Shown: positions 51,266 to 58,546 of the stretch, in pieces
How the letters are laid out: every line of letters starts with the position of its first letter
Numbering within the stretch: position 1 is the stretch's first letter
From: an uncultured virus (IMG/VR IMGVR_UViG_3300027808_000022)
Taxonomy: Duplodnaviria; Heunggongvirae; Uroviricota; Caudoviricetes
Length of the DNA stretch: 64,000 bases
Reading direction: 5' to 3' (one strand)
IMG/VR virus record: IMGVR_UViG_3300027808_000022
The notes under the pieces: generated by a model
What the model was told of the DNA's origin: nothing
The model's input: only the letters and a program-made list of their open reading frames with translations
Databases searched by the model: none
Made by a program: the position numbers and the translations under genes

Positions 51266-51339
51266 TGGTTGCGGACCCGAGACTCGAACTCGGAACTATG
51301 GGTTATGAGCCCATTATGTTACCATTACACCAACCCGCG
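51266..51339 (-). tRNA. Initiator tRNA-fMet(CAU)
   Basis: C1:A72 mismatch, GGG/CCC anticodon stem, CTCATAA loop, CCA. Confidence 0.9.
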
Positions 51340-51348
51340 ATTTATTTG

Positions 51349-51420
51349 TACTCGGTAGGGGAGTCGAACCCCTCTTTCCAGGATGAAAACCTGGCATCCT
51401 AACCGATAGATGAACCGAGC
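51349..51420 (-). tRNA. tRNA-Glu(UUC)
   Basis: CCAGG-TTTTCAT-CCTGG. Confidence 0.9.
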
Positions 51421-51433
51421 AATTATTTTTTTC

Positions 51434-51455
51434 TTACCAATACGTCAAAGAACTT
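51434..51455 (-). promoter_or_regulatory. boxA-like element before tRNA array A
   Basis: AAGTTCTTTGACGTATTGGTAA, identical to 58371-58392. Confidence 0.65.
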
Positions 51456-51486
51456 TTTTGTTCTGTTGTCTTATTCAACAACAATA

Positions 51487-51518
51487 CAAAGTTAATACAT
51501 TTTTTTAATACTACCAAA
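51487..51518 (-). promoter_or_regulatory. Bacteroidota sigmaA-type promoter between attenuator A and array A
   Basis: TTTG-N20-TAACTTTG. Confidence 0.6.
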
Positions 51519-51525
51519 CAAACAC

Positions 51526-51557
51526 AAAAAAAACCCATCCTTTCGAGATGGGTTTTT
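51526..51557 (-). terminator. Attenuator terminator A
   Basis: AAAAACCCATCT-CGAAA-GGATGGGTTTTTTTT; 5' arm complementary to GAGATGGG in leader A. Confidence 0.85.
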
Positions 51558-51578
51558 GTAAGATATTTTTTTACAATA

Positions 51579-51647
51579 TTATCCCATCTCCACTTTGGAA
51601 GTATCAGCCTCTGTTGCTGGTGTGCCGAATATGAATATGGTTTTCAT
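51579..51647 (-). CDS. Leader peptide A (22 aa) MKTIFIFGTPATEADTSKVEMG
   Basis: ATG..TAA read directly; A-rich start; ends in anti-terminator sequence. Confidence 0.75.
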   Translation of the reverse strand: MKTIFIFGTPATEADTSKVEMG

Positions 51648-51704
51648 TGAATGTATTATTATTTGATTTCTTATTAAATATAATAAACTTTTAAAAAGTG
51701 TCAA

Positions 51705-52979
51705 TTAAAACGCCAAAGAATTTACATAACTTACCGATTTTTGTACAGACTTTTCAATTGTTTTAATAATTGAGTCCAAATTTAACTCGGCAACATTACC
51801 AATTGAGATTCTAAACCATCCTTTGTTACTCTTTGAACCAAAATATTCAAACGGAACAATTCCCAACCCACAGGTATTAATTAAGAACGAAATATACTCT
51901 TCTGTGGATGAAAATGAATGAACATAACCCAAGTAAACCGAAATATAAATTCCACCATCAGGTTTTTGGTAATCAACATTATGACCTTTGTTTTTCAATT
52001 CTTCCAACTTGTCACAGATTTTATCTGATATAAATTCATACGATTTTGTTACATAGTTTATGTGAGAAATGTAATCTTCATAATCTACTCTGATGTACGC
52101 ATCCAATGCTCGTTGTTCAGGTTTTGGTGCCCATGCTCCAATGTGAGACAAAACTTCGGTTATCTTTCCAATAATATCTTTTGGACCAAACAACCAACCA
52201 ACACGAACACCAGTTGCGTTTAATGATTTTGAAATACCATCAGCACAAATCAAATAATCTCTGATTTCAGGACATAAAGTTAATGGGTGGATAAACAAAC
52301 CTTCTTTGGTGATGTCAGAATAAATCTGGTCAAAGAACAAATACAATGGTCTTGAACCTACTTGTGTTGACCTGATTTTATTTTCTCTCACAATCAACTC
52401 ACAAATACCTTTCAGAACTTCGGGGTCAATTACACGACCTGTTGGATTTTGTGGCGAACAAATGCAAACCAATGATGTTTTATCACTTATTCTACCGTCA
52501 ACATCTTCAACGGTTGGAAAAAATGAATTTTCAGGTGTACATTCAATTTCTTCTTTTTGTGCATTATGTAAAAAACAATAGTGGTTATTATTCCAAGATG
52601 GTACAGGATAAATCACCTCTTCATTCGGATTTACCGTGGCTTTATAAACCGTATAAATCAATGGACGAACTCCACCACCAATTAAGATTTCTTCAGGTGA
52701 ATAATCAACATTGAACTGATGTTTAATGTGTTTGGAAACAGATTCCCTTAATTCAAGTTCTCCTTGTGAGTTTGGATAGTTGGTTAAATCCCACTCGTAA
52801 GCATCTTGAATGTGTTTTCTTAATTTTGAGGGTATTGGCCATAGTTTGGAATTAAAGTCACCTATGGTTAGGTTAGATACTGGTTTTGTTTTAGCAATTT
52901 CTTTGATTTGTTGTGAGATTTTAATAATTTCAGAGCCAACAATATTGTTCCCTACATTTGATAATTTTTCCATTATCAA
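51705..52979 (-). CDS. Class I/II PLP-dependent aminotransferase (aspartate aminotransferase-like)
   Basis: CSPQNPTG, FDQIY, DGISKSLNATGVRVGW, WFRIS. Confidence 0.9.
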   Translation of the reverse strand: MIMEKLSNVGNNIVGSEIIKISQQIKEIAKTKPVSNLTIGDFNSKLWPIPSKLRKHIQDAYEWDLTNYPNSQGELELRESVSKHIKHQFNVDYSPEEILIGGGVRPLIYTVYKATVNPNEEVIYPVPSWNNNHYCFLHNAQKEEIECTPENSFFPTVEDVDGRISDKTSLVCICSPQNPTGRVIDPEVLKGICELIVRENKIRSTQVGSRPLYLFFDQIYSDITKEGLFIHPLTLCPEIRDYLICADGISKSLNATGVRVGWLFGPKDIIGKITEVLSHIGAWAPKPEQRALDAYIRVDYEDYISHINYVTKSYEFISDKICDKLEELKNKGHNVDYQKPDGGIYISVYLGYVHSFSSTEEYISFLINTCGLGIVPFEYFGSKSNKGWFRISIGNVAELNLDSIIKTIEKSVQKSVSYVNSLAF

Positions 52980-53001
52980 AAGTATAAGACACTAATAAGA
53001 A

Positions 53002-54561
53002 TTATTCAAATATTTTACTATAAAATTTGTCAAAGTTTGGTCCTTTAACCAAACCACTTTTTCCTTGTCTGGCACTAATACCTGCCATATTTGACGCCGA
53101 AAAGAAACTACTATATTGACCAGGACCACTTCTTCTACCTATTTGAGTTAAAAATTCGTTCTTATTACCGACCTTACCTTCAGGAATGTTTTTAAGATAT
53201 TCCATAAATGCTTTGGTTAACGCACCTTTACCTGTGAAGGTGTATTTTGACCTGGTATAAGTCTTAGACTTTGTTGGTGGATACCTATCTAACAAGAATT
53301 CATCTTCACTAAGTTCTTTGTATATTGTATAATAAAATTCTTTATACAAATTATCTAATAAATTACTAGTTCTTCTTAAAACGTGTTCAGGGTCACTCTG
53401 TCTATCCTCATCCAATATTAAAGTTTTAGTATAGGTTGATTTTTTAACAATATTTTGGTCCGTATTATATGGTATTATCTCAGCGTCAAATCTAACGATG
53501 TGTTTTCCTATCATTACTTGAGTATTATAAACCTTAAAATAACAATCAATAACGCCATCTTCACTATAAGAAGTTTTTCCTTCTTTATCAATTTCTACAA
53601 CCTCCCAAGGCGTACTAATTCTAATACTCGTATTATCTCTATCACTATCTTCAACGCTTGGTCTTCCAATATAAAACTTTAATTTCCCACCTTTGAATTG
53701 GTATATCTCATTGTGGCTTGTAGTAACTTTTGGTATTATTTTATAAATAACATCCAAGACATCTTCTTTAGGGAATGATGTTTTATAGTCATTAACCATT
53801 GAATTATACGCATCTTTTGGCATATGAGCCAATACTGATTCTTTTTCTCTTGATGTCAATCTTTCGTCAGTTGAATCGTACCAAATTGAATCTGAATCAA
53901 ATTTTCCATTCTTTGGTGCGTGAATGGCCATTTTGTAAAATTTATTATCCCTGTCAACATTTTTTAATATTAAATAATACAAGTTTCCATTTGAACTATA
54001 TTGATTGAAATACGATGGATTACCTTTCATTGTTGTACACCATCTTGTACCTGAACCATAATAACAAGATGCGGTAAATGATTTTGGTTTTATAACCAAC
54101 AACGTATCGTTTTCAAAAATTTTATCTATTTCTTTCTTGGCTAATTTTTCTGTCTGTTTGGTCTCAACGTCAGTTTTAATCTTTTGAGCTTCATTGAAAA
54201 AATCTTGTATATTTGTACTGTATTGTCTAAACTCAGGATATTTGAATTTTGATTTGTGTTTTTCAAATGTATCTAAAGAAGCAACAATCTTGTCAATTTC
54301 ACTCCTCATTCTAAATATTAGAGTTCTTGCTCTGTCTTTGTCTAAAGGCTCAGCTTCACCTGAATAATAATTTACGGTATAATAATAATCCAAAATATCA
54401 TTAAGATATTTGTAATTAGTCTCTTTTATAAAAGGTTCACCAATTAAAAAATCATACGCAGACGCATCATCCATGTAAGTGGATATCATCTTTCTTTCAC
54501 CATCAATACTTTTTTGGAATTTCTTAAATGAGTCTTCCTTACGACCTTCAAATAAAATCAT
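53002..54561 (-). CDS. Hypothetical protein with ASCYYGSGTRWCT domain (paralogue 2)
   Basis: 519 aa; N-terminus ILFEGRKED resembles FLQEGKKED of paralogue 1. Confidence 0.75.
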   Translation of the reverse strand: MILFEGRKEDSFKKFQKSIDGERKMISTYMDDASAYDFLIGEPFIKETNYKYLNDILDYYYTVNYYSGEAEPLDKDRARTLIFRMRSEIDKIVASLDTFEKHKSKFKYPEFRQYSTNIQDFFNEAQKIKTDVETKQTEKLAKKEIDKIFENDTLLVIKPKSFTASCYYGSGTRWCTTMKGNPSYFNQYSSNGNLYYLILKNVDRDNKFYKMAIHAPKNGKFDSDSIWYDSTDERLTSREKESVLAHMPKDAYNSMVNDYKTSFPKEDVLDVIYKIIPKVTTSHNEIYQFKGGKLKFYIGRPSVEDSDRDNTSIRISTPWEVVEIDKEGKTSYSEDGVIDCYFKVYNTQVMIGKHIVRFDAEIIPYNTDQNIVKKSTYTKTLILDEDRQSDPEHVLRRTSNLLDNLYKEFYYTIYKELSEDEFLLDRYPPTKSKTYTRSKYTFTGKGALTKAFMEYLKNIPEGKVGNKNEFLTQIGRRSGPGQYSSFFSASNMAGISARQGKSGLVKGPNFDKFYSKIFE

Positions 54562-54590
54562 ATATATAAATACTCACAATTATGTATTTG

Positions 54591-54664
54591 TAGCGAGGGA
54601 GGGAATTGAACCCCCCACCTCAGGGTTATGAATCCTGCGCTCTAACCGACTGAGCTACCTCGCC
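54591..54664 (-). tRNA. Elongator tRNA-Met(CAU)
   Basis: GGCGAGGTAGCTCAG...CAGGA-TTCATAA-CCCTG. Confidence 0.85.
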
Positions 54665-54668
54665 ATGA

Positions 54669-55280
54669 TTATTCTATGGTTTCACCATCCAATGTATAAA
54701 TCATACATGAGGATGATTTCCCTGAATTATCCAAACAATCTTCAATTTCTAATGGTTGTCCTTTAAAAAAGACTTGACCGATAAAATCATAATCACCTTC
54801 TGGTGTTCCTATTGAACCTGATGAGTACGTAAAATCTGTCGGAGTTGGTACTGTGTCAGACTCAAGTGAAAATTTAAACATTCCACCTTTGTTTTCATCA
54901 ATACTCAAATAGACATTTGTTGGTCCTTCTTTTTGAGGAAACGCATTATACTCTCTGTACTCATACTTTTCTTCAAAATCTTCAATTGTTTCGTATAAGT
55001 CGGCGGTTTCATCAATACCAAACTCTAATACTTTATTTTCTTCTTCATCAAGAAGTTCAAAGTGCATTGTACCATTGTCAAACGCTTCGGTTTTGTGAAA
55101 GATTTCACCGTCCCAAAAATCAAGGTCCAAAAGTTCATCTAAATCAAAACGGATTTCATGAAGTTCAGAAAAACCTTCCTCTTCCATTTTATCTTTAATA
55201 ATTTGTATTTGTTCGTCAGTTAGAGATTTGCAGACTGCCTCAAAAGACCATCCATAAGTGTTAAGTGTGTATTTAGCCAT
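54669..55280 (-). CDS. Acidic hypothetical protein
   Basis: 203-aa ORF, TATATTTG promoter upstream. Confidence 0.7.
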   Translation of the reverse strand: MAKYTLNTYGWSFEAVCKSLTDEQIQIIKDKMEEEGFSELHEIRFDLDELLDLDFWDGEIFHKTEAFDNGTMHFELLDEEENKVLEFGIDETADLYETIEDFEEKYEYREYNAFPQKEGPTNVYLSIDENKGGMFKFSLESDTVPTPTDFTYSSGSIGTPEGDYDFIGQVFFKGQPLEIEDCLDNSGKSSSCMIYTLDGETIE

Positions 55281-55315
55281 ACGGCAAATATAAATTATAA
55301 ACCGTGATTCGTCAA

Positions 55316-55753
55316 TTATTTTAAGAATCTTAATTTGTATAATGTTGAGTAAATCAATTCTTGAACTCCATCAATTTGATTTTGAATATAAGATTCTTTA
55401 ACCGATGTCCTATTTTTTTCAATATTTTCATCTAATTCTTTAAAATAAGCTATTACTTGTTCTGTTGATTTGTAATCAACTGTTTTAATTGTTTTATAAC
55501 CAGTAATTATTTCGTATTTTCCTTGATAACTTTCAACAATATTATCAACTAACCCATCAATTCCATCATAATATTCTTGTAAAGCTTTATGTTCAGAAAA
55601 TGATGATTGTGATTTTGTCTGCCAATGAAAGATATGTACTTGAGACTGTGAATGTAATAATGTTGCAATCATATCAACCACATCGGCAGTTTCAGTTGCA
55701 GGATTTGATTTTGATGATAAACCATTTAAAAGGTCTCTTTTTGTAATTTCCAT
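55316..55753 (-). CDS. Ferritin/Dps-like four-helix protein
   Basis: HIFHWQT...EHKAL.EYY....D..VESYQG. Confidence 0.7.
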   Translation of the reverse strand: MEITKRDLLNGLSSKSNPATETADVVDMIATLLHSQSQVHIFHWQTKSQSSFSEHKALQEYYDGIDGLVDNIVESYQGKYEIITGYKTIKTVDYKSTEQVIAYFKELDENIEKNRTSVKESYIQNQIDGVQELIYSTLYKLRFLK

Positions 55754-55774
55754 ATCAATAAATATACTGATGTG

Positions 55775-56458
55775 TTAATATGTCTTAAACTTCATTTCTT
55801 TGATAACACAATTTCCAATTTTTTTATGTCCTGATGGTGCCATATGACAAAGTCCATCCCAACAATCCGATTTTGTAATCACACGAGTATTAATCACTTT
55901 TCCACCAACAATTTTTTTTATCAATTCATTCTGAAATTTGGAATACTTAACTCTGTAGTTTGGATTTTCTGGTGTGTTGATGCAAATTAATGGGTCAAAT
56001 CCGGTAATTACAACTGGTTTAACACCTTTGGAATTACAAATGTTTACAATTTTTTGAATGTTCTTTACTGCGCTTTCAATGGTGATTTTGCTGTTATACA
56101 TATCATTGGCACCTCCATAGATAAAACAATAATCTAAACCATTGTGAATAGATTCTTTTGCTCTTTCTAACATCCAACCTGTGGTTTTTCCACCAACAGA
56201 TATGTTATTCATTCTCATTTTTGTTTTGTTGGATAGAGTATATTGCCAACCATTAGGATTTGATGTGTGAGAATCACCAATAAAAAGAACGTATTTTCCT
56301 TTTACATCCACAATTGTGTCTTGTGGTTTAATTTTTACCGTATCAATTTTAACGGTATCTTCAATTTGTTTATTGTTACCCCAAACTTTCCAACTTGTTA
56401 TGAATCCTAAAATTGCTATAACAATGACCAAAATAATTGCTTTTACTAAATTTTTCAT
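55775..56458 (-). CDS. SGNH/GDSL hydrolase with N-terminal membrane anchor
   Basis: FIGDSHT, GG.T, GGAND, DGLCH motifs. Confidence 0.85.
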   Translation of the reverse strand: MKNLVKAIILVIVIAILGFITSWKVWGNNKQIEDTVKIDTVKIKPQDTIVDVKGKYVLFIGDSHTSNPNGWQYTLSNKTKMRMNNISVGGKTTGWMLERAKESIHNGLDYCFIYGGANDMYNSKITIESAVKNIQKIVNICNSKGVKPVVITGFDPLICINTPENPNYRVKYSKFQNELIKKIVGGKVINTRVITKSDCWDGLCHMAPSGHKKIGNCVIKEMKFKTY

Positions 56459-56470
56459 ATTTTTTATTAA

Positions 56471-56562
56471 AAAACACTCTCAAGCTCTCTACTCCCAGTT
56501 CCGAGGAATTGTATCTTACTTAGCCCGTCTCACCACTGTGTGGGTACTTGAGTTTATGTTTT
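56471..56562 (-). ncRNA. Candidate structured RNA
   Basis: Closing stems AAAACA/TGTTTT and CTCAAG/CTTGAG, inner CCCA/TGGG; GC-rich within tRNA transcript. Confidence 0.4.
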
Positions 56563-56564
56563 TG

Positions 56565-56642
56565 TAGTCAGGACAGGATTCGAACCTGTAACACCGGTTT
56601 GACCACTTACGTGGTTGCGTCTATCCATTCCGCCACCTGACT
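56565..56642 (-). ncRNA. tRNA-Leu-like RNA with GNRA tetraloop in place of the anticodon loop
   Basis: Perfect acceptor AGTCAGG/CCTGACT with A73, Leu-type D arm GGCGGAATGGATAGACGC, perfect T arm; anticodon arm ACCAC-GTAA-GTGGT. Confidence 0.7.
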
Positions 56643-56644
56643 AT

Positions 56645-56716
56645 AGTTGTCAGTCTCTCCTGACCGTCACCCCCACTCCGAAGGTATGAGCCTTCATATG
56701 TGATGCTGGGTTAGCT
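56645..56716 (-). ncRNA. Candidate structured RNA
   Basis: Hairpins GAAGG-CTCATA-CCTTC and GTCAG-GAGAGA-CTGAC in a GC-rich spacer. Confidence 0.4.
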
Positions 56717-56719
56717 TTG

Positions 56720-56793
56720 TGGTGTGAACGGGAATCGAACCACGTGGCACGTAGGGTTTCAATCTACTGCTCTACCTGCTGAGCTACCACACC
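56720..56793 (-). tRNA. Second tRNA-Phe(GAA), atypical
   Basis: GTAGA-TTGAAAC-CCTAC with A:C mismatch; bulged T stem. Confidence 0.6.
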
Positions 56794-56820
56794 ATTATTG
56801 TTATACAAAGTTAAAATATA

Positions 56821-57297
56821 TTATCCAATTTTCCAAGCTCCAATTATGTGTTTTTTTATTTTTTTACCGTCCTCAGGGTTACCAATAACAACACCATCTT
56901 TAATGGTAAATGCGTGACCTTTAACAACCACCATGTAAGAACCAACAGGATATTTTTTAATGAACGAAAATGTTGTTGTTGCTCTTAATTTTTTAACACC
57001 TTTAACTACAACATAATACAACATGGTATTGTGTTCCTCAGAAATAATTTGAACGTCTTTACCGTTAATTTGTTTACCATTCTTTGATAACAAATTCATG
57101 CCAGTACCAAGTAAAAAAGTACCTTTACCATTTTTTCTCTTGAAAGTTTCTTTAACAAATTGGTGGGCGGAATCATAGTCCATATCCGCGGCTGATGCAA
57201 TTGCCCTAACAACACAATCGTTTTTTTCAGATTTGGCAATTTTTGATTCAGTATATCCTTTGATTGCGTTTGAAGATGATATAAACCCCTTTTCCAT
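56821..57297 (-). CDS. Hypothetical protein (NDCVVRA...GHAF; possible Cys/His hydrolase fold)
   Basis: Start MEKGF after TATATTTG promoter. Confidence 0.65.
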   Translation of the reverse strand: MEKGFISSSNAIKGYTESKIAKSEKNDCVVRAIASAADMDYDSAHQFVKETFKRKNGKGTFLLGTGMNLLSKNGKQINGKDVQIISEEHNTMLYYVVVKGVKKLRATTTFSFIKKYPVGSYMVVVKGHAFTIKDGVVIGNPEDGKKIKKHIIGAWKIG

Positions 57298-57343
57298 ACT
57301 ACAAATATACAACAGGTATTTGACATTACAAAAAAATATTTTG

Positions 57344-57416
57344 CTCCCCGGATAGGATTTGAACCTATGACCTATCGCTTAACAGGCGAGTGCTCTAACC
57401 ACTGAGCTACCGAGGA
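57344..57416 (-). tRNA. tRNA-Asn(GUU)
   Basis: TCGC-CTGTTAA-GCGA; G73. Confidence 0.9.
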
Positions 57417-57422
57417 ATGTTG

Positions 57423-57504
57423 TACCAAAGGTGGGAGTCGAACCCACACGTCTTTAAGACATTAGTTTCTAAGACTAATGCGGCTACCGTTACGCCACTT
57501 TGGT
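57423..57504 (-). tRNA. tRNA-Leu(UAG)
   Basis: TTAGT-CTTAGAA-ACTAA; long variable arm. Confidence 0.9.
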
Positions 57505-57510
57505 ATTTTG

Positions 57511-57581
57511 CGCAAGTGGAAGGACTCGAACCCTCGCCAAAAGTTTTGGAGACCTTTATGCTACCATTACACCACACTTAC
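57511..57581 (-). tRNA. tRNA-Trp(CCA)
   Basis: AAGGT-CTCCAAA-ACTTT; G73. Confidence 0.88.
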
Positions 57582-57588
57582 GTATTTG

Positions 57589-57663
57589 TGATTCCTGAGG
57601 GACTCGAACCCCCACATCTTCTCGTCCGTAGCGAGATGTTTTATCCAATTAAACTAAGGAACC
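57589..57663 (-). tRNA. tRNA-Arg(ACG)
   Basis: TCTCG-CTACGGA-CGAGA. Confidence 0.88.
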
Positions 57664-57666
57664 ATT

Positions 57667-57741
57667 TGGGGTGACTGATGGGATTCGAACCCACGACACT
57701 CGGCACCACAAGCCGATGCTCTACCACTGAACTACAGTCAC
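57667..57741 (-). tRNA. tRNA-His(GUG)
   Basis: TCGGC-TTGTGGT-GCCGA; C73-CCA; no encoded G-1. Confidence 0.9.
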
Positions 57742-57743
57742 AG

Positions 57744-57817
57744 AGTCCATAGTTGGAATCGAACCAACGAATAACAGTTTTGCAGACTGTCCCTTTGAAC
57801 CGCTCAGGCATATGGAC
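57744..57817 (-). tRNA. tRNA-Cys(GCA)
   Basis: ACAGT-CTGCAAA-ACTGT; U73. Confidence 0.9.
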
Positions 57818-57879
57818 TTATATTCTATAATCCTCCAAATCTAGTAAAAAAAGTGAGTTTTGGAGGATTATAAGTTTTG

Positions 57880-57961
57880 TGCCAGCAGTAGGACTCGAAC
57901 CTACGAACTCAAATGAGAGCGGGTTTACAATCCGCCGCAATTGCCGCTATGCGATACTGGC
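57880..57961 (-). tRNA. tRNA-Tyr(GUA)
   Basis: GCGGA-TTGTAAA-CCCGC; long variable arm. Confidence 0.88.
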
Positions 57962-57968
57962 ATTTTTG

Positions 57969-58041
57969 TCTTTCCTGTTGGATTTGAACCAACGACATCT
58001 TGGATGTAAGCCAAGTGCTCTTCCAACTGAGCTAAGGAAAG
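57969..58041 (-). tRNA. tRNA-Val(UAC)
   Basis: CTTGG-CTTACAT-CCAAG. Confidence 0.88.
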
Positions 58042-58047
58042 ATATTG

Positions 58048-58121
58048 TGACCCCATCGGGACTCGAACCCGAAACCCCCGTGTTAAAAGCACGGTGCTCT
58101 AGCCAATTGAGCTATAAGGTC
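58048..58121 (-). tRNA. tRNA-Lys(UUU)
   Basis: CCGTG-CTTTTAA-CACGG. Confidence 0.9.
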
Positions 58122-58127
58122 ATATTG

Positions 58128-58198
58128 TTACCCCTGAAGGATTCGAACCTCCACTAAGTGGACCAAAACCACTCGTCCTGCCGTTAGACGAAAGGGTA
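58128..58198 (-). tRNA. tRNA-Gln(UUG)
   Basis: AGTGG-TTTTGGT-CCACT; U1-A72. Confidence 0.88.
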
Positions 58199-58203
58199 AT
58201 TTA

Positions 58204-58280
58204 TGGTTGGTGATACAGGACTTGAACCTGTGACCCCTACGGTATCAGCGTAGTGCTCTAACCAACTGAGCTAATCACCA
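58204..58280 (-). tRNA. tRNA-Ile(GAU)
   Basis: CTACG-CTGATAC-CGTAG; CCA. Confidence 0.9.
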
Positions 58281-58289
58281 ATGTATTTG

Positions 58290-58362
58290 TGGGGTAGACA
58301 GGTATCGAACCTGTTCCTTCGGATTTTCAGTCCGGCGCAATGACCTCATCTGCCACTACCCC
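58290..58362 (-). tRNA. tRNA-Phe(GAA)
   Basis: CGGA-CTGAAAA-TCCG. Confidence 0.88.
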
Positions 58363-58370
58363 ATTTTTGG

Positions 58371-58392
58371 TTACCAATACGTCAAAGAACTT
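58371..58392 (-). promoter_or_regulatory. boxA-like element before tRNA array B
   Basis: AAGTTCTTTGACGTATTGGTAA, identical to 51434-51455. Confidence 0.65.
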
Positions 58393-58398
58393 AAAAAC

Positions 58399-58429
58399 AA
58401 AAAAACCCGAACCTTGTGAGTTCGGGTTT
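58399..58429 (-). terminator. Attenuator terminator B
   Basis: AAACCCGAACT-CACAA-GGTTCGGGTTTTTTT; 5' arm complementary to AGTTCGGGT in leader B. Confidence 0.88.
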
Positions 58430-58450
58430 CCTTTTTTAGGCTACTACGTG

Positions 58451-58546
58451 TTAACTTATAACACCCGAACTTGAAAATACGCGAAGATACCAATTCTGAC
58501 AGAATTGAATGACATGTTTCACGATTTGTTTATTTACGAGTTTCAT
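58451..58546 (-). CDS. Leader peptide B (31 aa) MKLVNKQIVKHVIQFCQNWYLRVFSSSGVIS
   Basis: ATG..TAA read directly; TATCTTTG promoter at 58570-58577; anti-terminator in codons 26-28. Confidence 0.85.
   Translation of the reverse strand: MKLVNKQIVKHVIQFCQNWYLRVFSSSGVIS

Noticed and set aside
56471..56562. SAM-I riboswitch
   Set aside because: Only scattered similarity (GAGACGGGC, AATTCC); the core AUC/GAU and GCAACC elements are missing.
56720..56793. Ser(UGA) or suppressor reading of this tRNA
   Set aside because: The 7-nt loop centres on GAA and there is no long variable arm.
57417..58157. Plus-strand ORFs of 85 and 92 aa
   Set aside because: They are antisense translations of tRNA genes; the same applies to 63080-63332.
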